DNA of 64,000 nucleotides. Origin: Candidatus Binatia bacterium. Lineage in GTDB: Bacteria; Desulfobacterota; Binatia; Bin18. Below the pieces are notes generated by a model, which ran no database searches, was not told where the DNA came from, and worked only from the letters and a program-made list of their open reading frames with translations. Positions within the stretch are counted from its first letter, which is position 1; each line of letters starts with the position of its first letter. This document shows positions 58,809 to 64,000 of this stretch, piece after piece. The translations under genes were made by a program, and so were the position numbers. The stretch is taken from the NCBI GenBank assembly GCA_965231775.1, contig OZ246888.1, positions 3,648,546 to 3,712,545 of the forward strand. Direction: 5' to 3'.

Positions 58809-59888
58809 ATGTCACGTATGTCTGGCCAAGTGTTATTGGTTGGAAGCATTCCCGGAGATACGGCTGAAGAAGTCCTACGCGCCTGTGGCCAGGGAGTGGG
58901 AGAGTGCGTGACCAGCCTGCCGGATGGAGAAACTGGATACCGTCGGATGTTTATCCACTTTCTTGCGGTCAAAACGTATCATGGCCATCCGGCACTCGAG
59001 ACTATCCAGCAACCACGACAGGTTGAGGGTGAGGAAAGCTGGTTTAGTCGGGATTATGATGAGGAAGGCTGGCTGTTCAAGGTCAAAGATGGTATCGATG
59101 CGATCCGTTTCGACCATCTCGGATACGCTGCCGAGGCAAAAAAATCATACCAGGACTTTTGCACGTTACGAGACAAGGGAGCGATCCCATCGGGTGTAAA
59201 ATTTCAGGTCTCCTTGCCTTTAACCGAGACTGGAATCCGTCCGTTTCTAACCAGTACGCGTGATTTTGACCTCATGTGGGTAGCTTATGAAGAGGCAATG
59301 GCGCGTGAACTCGCAGCCCTCGTTGACGCCATTCCTGCCGACGATCTTGTCATTCAGTGGGACATCTGCATCGAGGTCTTCGCCATTGCCCTGCAAGACC
59401 AGATGGGGCCATGGCAGCCGGCTGGCGATCCATTCGAGCGCTATCTCACAGCCCTCACCACGCTGGCCACACACGTACCAGCGCAGGTGCCCATGGGCTG
59501 CCATCTGTGCTACGGAGATTTGGGACACAAACATCTGGTTGAACCTGCCGACTTGAGTCTGGTCGTGCGCATGGCCAATGCGGCCCATAGCGCGGTCGCC
59601 CGTCCGGTTGATTTCTACCATATGCCGGTCCCGCGCAATCGTGACGACACAGCCTATTTTGCACCGCTCACAGACTTGGCCATTGGCGATGCCAAGCTCT
59701 TCTTAGGACTCATTCATCACACCGACGGAGTAGCAGGTGCACAGCGGCGAGTGCAGACCGCCCACCACTATCGTTCAGACTTTGGTATCGCCACCGAGTG
59801 TGGTTTTGGACGGCGGCCAGCGGAAACGATTCCCGAACTGCTACGCATTCACCGCGAGGTCGCATCCAGGTTGTCAGGAGTTGCTTGA
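58809..59888 (+). CDS. Cobalamin-independent methionine synthase-like (catalytic-domain) zinc protein
   Basis: LVGSIP, DGETG, IQWD, HLCYGD and TECGFGR zinc ligands. Confidence 0.7.
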   Translation: MSRMSGQVLLVGSIPGDTAEEVLRACGQGVGECVTSLPDGETGYRRMFIHFLAVKTYHGHPALETIQQPRQVEGEESWFSRDYDEEGWLFKVKDGIDAIRFDHLGYAAEAKKSYQDFCTLRDKGAIPSGVKFQVSLPLTETGIRPFLTSTRDFDLMWVAYEEAMARELAALVDAIPADDLVIQWDICIEVFAIALQDQMGPWQPAGDPFERYLTALTTLATHVPAQVPMGCHLCYGDLGHKHLVEPADLSLVVRMANAAHSAVARPVDFYHMPVPRNRDDTAYFAPLTDLAIGDAKLFLGLIHHTDGVAGAQRRVQTAHHYRSDFGIATECGFGRRPAETIPELLRIHREVASRLSGVA

Positions 59889-59896
59889 GGAACGCT

Positions 59897-61087
59897 ATGC
59901 GGGAGCAGCGCGCACGGCACACCCCGGCCGCACTGGGCACGCAACCCGTCCCGATTGAGCCGTGTGTCTCGCCCACCTATTTTGAGCAAGAGCGGGAACG
60001 CCTGTTTCGTCGGGTATGGCTGAATATCGGACGTGTAGACGACGTCCCCAACCCTGGTGATTATTTCGTCAAAGAGCTGACCATTTGTAAGACATCTGTC
60101 CTGGTCGTGCGGAGCACAGACGGCCGGATTCGCGCCTTTCACAATATGTGTTCTCATCGCGGCAATAAGCTCGTCTGGGACGCGCACGGCACCTGCCGAC
60201 GGTTGACGTGCAAATTCCACGGCTGGTCCTACGGTCTGGATGGACGGCTCAGGTTCGTGCCGGATAAGGAGCGCTTTTTTGATCTCGATACGGACAGGCT
60301 GGGTCTCACGCCGGTGACCATCGATAGCTGGGAAGGGTTTCTCTTCGTCCATATCGATTCGCACCCACGCGAAACGCTGGACACATTCCTGGGCGAGTTT
60401 GGCCGGCAGCTGCGGGGCTATCCCTTTCATTCCATGTCAAGCTGTTATCGGTACGCCACGCAGGTCAACTGCAACTGGAAAGTCGCTCTGGATGCATTTC
60501 AGGAGATCTACCACGTTCCAGTCCTCCACCGGCGCACCATTGGCGATACCTTTTCCGGGCCGGAGAATCCGTTCAGTCATGCGTTGACCATCAGACTCTA
60601 TCCTCGCCATCGGATGATGTCTCTGTATGGCAACCCCAGCCATCAGCCCTCGCCCGTCGAATCCCTGGCCTATCGTTTTGGCCCGGTCGTCACCCAAGGC
60701 GATGTTGCACAAGACCATCTCCCGCTCGGCGTCAATCCGACCCGCAGCCCGCAGTGGGCATTTGATCTGAATGTGATCTTTCCCAATTTTTCGGTCGATG
60801 TCTCTGCCGGGACGTATGTCACGCATCATTTCTGGCCGCTGACGGCCAACCGCACCCTCTGGGAAGCCTGTCTATACTGCCCGCCGACAACCCAGGCCGG
60901 CCGGCGTTTCAGTCAGGAAGTCAGCAAATGTGTCTTGCGCGATACACTCTTGGAGGACGGCAGCACGCTTGAAGCCACCCAGTCCATGCTCGCGACTGGC
61001 ATCAGAACGCACTTCAATCTGAACGACGAGGAAGTGTTGGTGCGGCACTCGCATAAGGCGGTTGACGAGTATGTCTCTGGTGGCTGA
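59897..61087 (+). CDS. Rieske ring-hydroxylating oxygenase alpha subunit
   Basis: CSH..CKFHGW Rieske motif; NWK..E.YHVPVLH..D iron ligands. Confidence 0.92.
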   Translation: MREQRARHTPAALGTQPVPIEPCVSPTYFEQERERLFRRVWLNIGRVDDVPNPGDYFVKELTICKTSVLVVRSTDGRIRAFHNMCSHRGNKLVWDAHGTCRRLTCKFHGWSYGLDGRLRFVPDKERFFDLDTDRLGLTPVTIDSWEGFLFVHIDSHPRETLDTFLGEFGRQLRGYPFHSMSSCYRYATQVNCNWKVALDAFQEIYHVPVLHRRTIGDTFSGPENPFSHALTIRLYPRHRMMSLYGNPSHQPSPVESLAYRFGPVVTQGDVAQDHLPLGVNPTRSPQWAFDLNVIFPNFSVDVSAGTYVTHHFWPLTANRTLWEACLYCPPTTQAGRRFSQEVSKCVLRDTLLEDGSTLEATQSMLATGIRTHFNLNDEEVLVRHSHKAVDEYVSGG

Positions 61088-61208
61088 GGTGCACAAAGCA
61101 TGCATTGAAAAGCATCAAGAAACTTCCTATGGTCTTCATACTGATGAGTACAATCATATGGCCTGGCAGACCGGTAAAGGGTATATGGCCAAGCCAAGGA
61201 GGGAAAAA

Positions 61209-62723
61209 ATGAGCAGTAACGGACACGCAGCAACATCAGAGGTACGCGCCCAGTTGAATCATCCCATTGTCGACGCGGATGGACACTGGCTGGAATTCGG
61301 CCCCTTGGTCAGAGAGGAAATGCGGAAAATCGGCGGGGATAAGGCCGTCGAAGGATTCTCTTTTTTCCCTAAGCTGGTGCAAAAAGAACTGGCCATGTCC
61401 GTGGCCGAACGCCGGGCTAACGGGACCGGGCAGCAGGCGTTTTGGGCACTGCCGACCAAGAATACACGCGACCGGGCGACCGCCGTCATGCCGCAGCTCT
61501 TGTATGAACGGCTGGACGAATTCGGCTTCGACTTCAGCGTCATGTATCCTACGGCTGGCCTGGGCCTGCCGCTGATTCCCGATACGGAGCAGCGCCAGGC
61601 GGCCTGCCGGGCGTTCAATACCTTTAGCGCCGAGTATTTTGGTAAATATGCGGATCGGTTGACACCCGCGGGGGTGATTCCCATGCACACCCCGGACGAG
61701 GCCGTTGCCGAGCTCGAATACGCGGTCACGCAACTCGGTTTGAAGGTCGTCATGTTGGGTAGCCTGATCCGGCGCGATGTTCCGGCCGCGACTGAGATTC
61801 ATCCCGACGCGGCGAAATTTACCGCCTATCGGGATGTCCTGGGTCTGGACAGCGACTATAACTATGACCCGGTCTGGGCCAAATGCGTCGAGCTCAAAGT
61901 CGCCCCGTCGTTTCATTCCGGCGGACGCGGGTTTGCCATGCGCATGTCGCCCAGCAATTTCACCTATAATCACATCGGTCATTTCGCGGCCGCCAACGAG
62001 GCGGTGTGTAAGGCCCTGTTCCTGGGTGGGGTGACGCGCCGCTTCCCGCAGCTCAAGTTCGCCTTTCTCGAAGGCGGGGTCGGCTGGGCGTGTCAGCTCT
62101 ACGTCGATCTGATCGAACACTGGGAAAAGCGCAATATCGATGCCCTGGCCGAGGTTGACCCGACCAACCTCGACCATACGTTGTTCCGTGAGCTGGCCGA
62201 GCAATACGGTAACGCTACCATTGTTGAGGCACTGCGCCGGCGAGAATCGGCCCTCGATACCGCCATGCCGCCCAAGGGTTCGGTCGATACCGGCGGCATT
62301 GAAAATCTGGATGACTACTCGGCCTGCGGCATCACCAAGGCCGAGGATATCAAGGACTTGTTTGCCACGAATTTCTACTTTGGCTGCGAGGCGGACGATC
62401 GGATGAATACCCTGGCCTTCAACCGCAAGAACAATCCGTTTGGCGCGCAGTTGCACGCCCTGTTCGGTTCCGACATCGGTCATTTCGATGTCCCGAATAT
62501 GGCCCATGTCCTGCCCGAAACCTACGAGTTCGTTGAAGATGGGCTGATGACTGCGGAGAACTTCCGCGATTTCACCTGCGATAATCCGATTCGGTTCTTG
62601 GGTGGGACAAATCCGGACTTTTTCAAGGGAACGGCGGTCGAAGAGACCGCCGCGGCGGTCTTGGCGCAAGGTGGCGCCGAGGTCGGCGTGAACGCTCAGG
62701 CCGAGGGTCAGGTCGCAAAGTAA
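61209..62723 (+). CDS. Amidohydrolase_2 family protein
   Basis: VDADGHWLE, FLEGGVGW and FGSDIGHFD. Confidence 0.88.
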   Translation: MSSNGHAATSEVRAQLNHPIVDADGHWLEFGPLVREEMRKIGGDKAVEGFSFFPKLVQKELAMSVAERRANGTGQQAFWALPTKNTRDRATAVMPQLLYERLDEFGFDFSVMYPTAGLGLPLIPDTEQRQAACRAFNTFSAEYFGKYADRLTPAGVIPMHTPDEAVAELEYAVTQLGLKVVMLGSLIRRDVPAATEIHPDAAKFTAYRDVLGLDSDYNYDPVWAKCVELKVAPSFHSGGRGFAMRMSPSNFTYNHIGHFAAANEAVCKALFLGGVTRRFPQLKFAFLEGGVGWACQLYVDLIEHWEKRNIDALAEVDPTNLDHTLFRELAEQYGNATIVEALRRRESALDTAMPPKGSVDTGGIENLDDYSACGITKAEDIKDLFATNFYFGCEADDRMNTLAFNRKNNPFGAQLHALFGSDIGHFDVPNMAHVLPETYEFVEDGLMTAENFRDFTCDNPIRFLGGTNPDFFKGTAVEETAAAVLAQGGAEVGVNAQAEGQVAK

Positions 62724-62735
62724 TCAATGGCTACT

Positions 62736-62772
62736 CCCTCTCCCCTGGAGGGAGAGGGCTGGGGTGAGGGGG
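62736..62772. repeat. REP-like palindrome between convergent genes
   Basis: CCCTCTCCC-ctgga-GGGAGAGGG followed by CTGGGGTGAGGGG. Confidence 0.65.
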
Positions 62773-62866
62773 CGAGGTAAACTCAGGCACGACCATCCGC
62801 CCTCCCCGTTTACATTATCATGGCCGCCCTGGCGCGGCAGTCGTTAGCCCCGCCAGGGTTCCCCTC

Positions 62867-64000
62867 CTACAAAGGCACAAAGCGTTTCCTTTTCAGCAGC
62901 TTTCCCCTGCCCGCGTTTCCTAAGACCGTCCCGTTTTCCACAATCACCTCCCCCCGCGAGAGAGTATGCGTTGGCCAGCCAGTGATCTCAAAGCCTTCGT
63001 ATAATTCGTAGTCTGCACGGGAGTGCATATCACGATGCCGGATGGTCACGTCCTTCTTCGGATCAAAAATCACGATGTCGGCATCCGACCCCACGGCAAG
63101 CGTGCCCTTTTGGGGGTAGAGACCAAACAGCTTGGCCGGGTTGGTGGCGCTGACTTCGACGAAGCGGTTGAGCGACAGTTTCCCCTGGCCGACGCCTTCG
63201 GAGTAGAGCATCGGGATCAGGGTTTCGAGGTTGGACATGCCGGGCAGCAATTCGTCCACGGTTTTGCCCGCTTTTTTCTGGGCCAGATTCCAGCCGCAGT
63301 GGTCGGTGGCCACGGTTTGCAGATTGTCGTGGCGCAAGCCGTCCCACATGACCTGCATCTGGGACGCCTCTCGGAGGGGCGGCCAGCCAACGTAGCGCTC
63401 ACCGTCCGGCTCTTCAAAGCGTTCGCGCGAGAGATGTAAATACAGCGGCCGGGTTTCGCCGTAGATGATCTGGCCGTGGGCACGCGCCTGACGAATCGGA
63501 GCCAGGGCTTCCTCACACGACAGATGGACTAAATAGATGGGGGCCTCCGCGTATTTGGCCATACTGATAGCGCGCTGCACCGCCAAGCCTTCGGCCTCGC
63601 GGGGTCGCGAGTCGGGGAAATGCTTGGGTCCGAGCTTGCCCTCGGTCGTCATTTGTTCGCATAGATAGCCGATCAAACACTGATCTTCGGCGTGGATATT
63701 GGTCAGCGCACCATGCTTGCCGGCCTGGGCCATCACCTTGAGGTAGTCGGCGGCCAACTCGTCAAAACGGGCCATGCCGATCATGAACAGCTTAAAGCTG
63801 GTATGGCCTTCGGCAATCGCGTCGGCCATTTCATCAATAATCTGCGGGGTCGGCTCCAGGATAACCGGGTGGATGCCGTAGTCGATAATAGATTTGTCCT
63901 TGGCTTTCTCTTCCCAGGCTTCGACACTGGCCTGAATCGACTGGCCGGTTTTGGGCAAGGCATAATCGACGATGGTGGTCACGCCGCCACACGCCGCGGC
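62867..64000 (-). CDS. Dihydropyrimidinase/D-hydantoinase (5' end outside the window)
   Basis: GGVTTIVDY, SFKLFM, IHAED, VHLS, ATDH, NPAKLFGL and GSDADIV. Confidence 0.9.
   Translation of the reverse strand, partial: AAACGGVTTIVDYALPKTGQSIQASVEAWEEKAKDKSIIDYGIHPVILEPTPQIIDEMADAIAEGHTSFKLFMIGMARFDELAADYLKVMAQAGKHGALTNIHAEDQCLIGYLCEQMTTEGKLGPKHFPDSRPREAEGLAVQRAISMAKYAEAPIYLVHLSCEEALAPIRQARAHGQIIYGETRPLYLHLSRERFEEPDGERYVGWPPLREASQMQVMWDGLRHDNLQTVATDHCGWNLAQKKAGKTVDELLPGMSNLETLIPMLYSEGVGQGKLSLNRFVEVSATNPAKLFGLYPQKGTLAVGSDADIVIFDPKKDVTIRHRDMHSRADYELYEGFEITGWPTHTLSRGEVIVENGTVLGNAGRGKLLKRKRFVPL

Noticed and set aside
61119-61155. GAAAC..GTC..CTGATGAG resembling a hammerhead ribozyme core
   Set aside because: Stems I and II cannot form and stem III is only 2-3 bp.
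61236-62669. 477-aa minus-strand ORF
   Set aside because: Antisense shadow of the amidohydrolase, expected from GC-rich codon bias.

Overview
GC-rich bacterial chromosomal window. Most of it encodes small-molecule catabolic enzymes: amidohydrolases, amidases, hydantoinase A/B, three SDR paralogs, luciferase-like monooxygenases, HpaB, a Rieske oxygenase and a 6-oxocamphor-hydrolase-like crotonase. It also carries squalene-hopene cyclase, a DUF1329/DUF1302 pair and polyphosphate genes. This repertoire suggests a Binatota/Tectomicrobia-like, possibly sponge-associated organism (inference only). Main accessory features: (1) a type-3 BREX island at ~10.6-21.5 kb with intact brxF, brxC, pglZ and brxA, a 3'-truncated pglXI running into a RelE-like gene, and only a C-terminal scar of the brxHII helicase; (2) a UGSC selenoprotein split by the ORF caller at an in-frame TGA followed by a SECIS-like hairpin, next to a Cys-rich partner of unknown function; (3) a secreted tandem Cache-like protein with a modular C-terminal domain; (4) an mrr/orphan-antitoxin mini-island; (5) many deletion scars, frameshifted genes and REP-like palindromes. 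No rRNA, tRNA, CRISPR array, integrase or transposase was recognised. All family calls come from motif recognition by eye; no database search was run.
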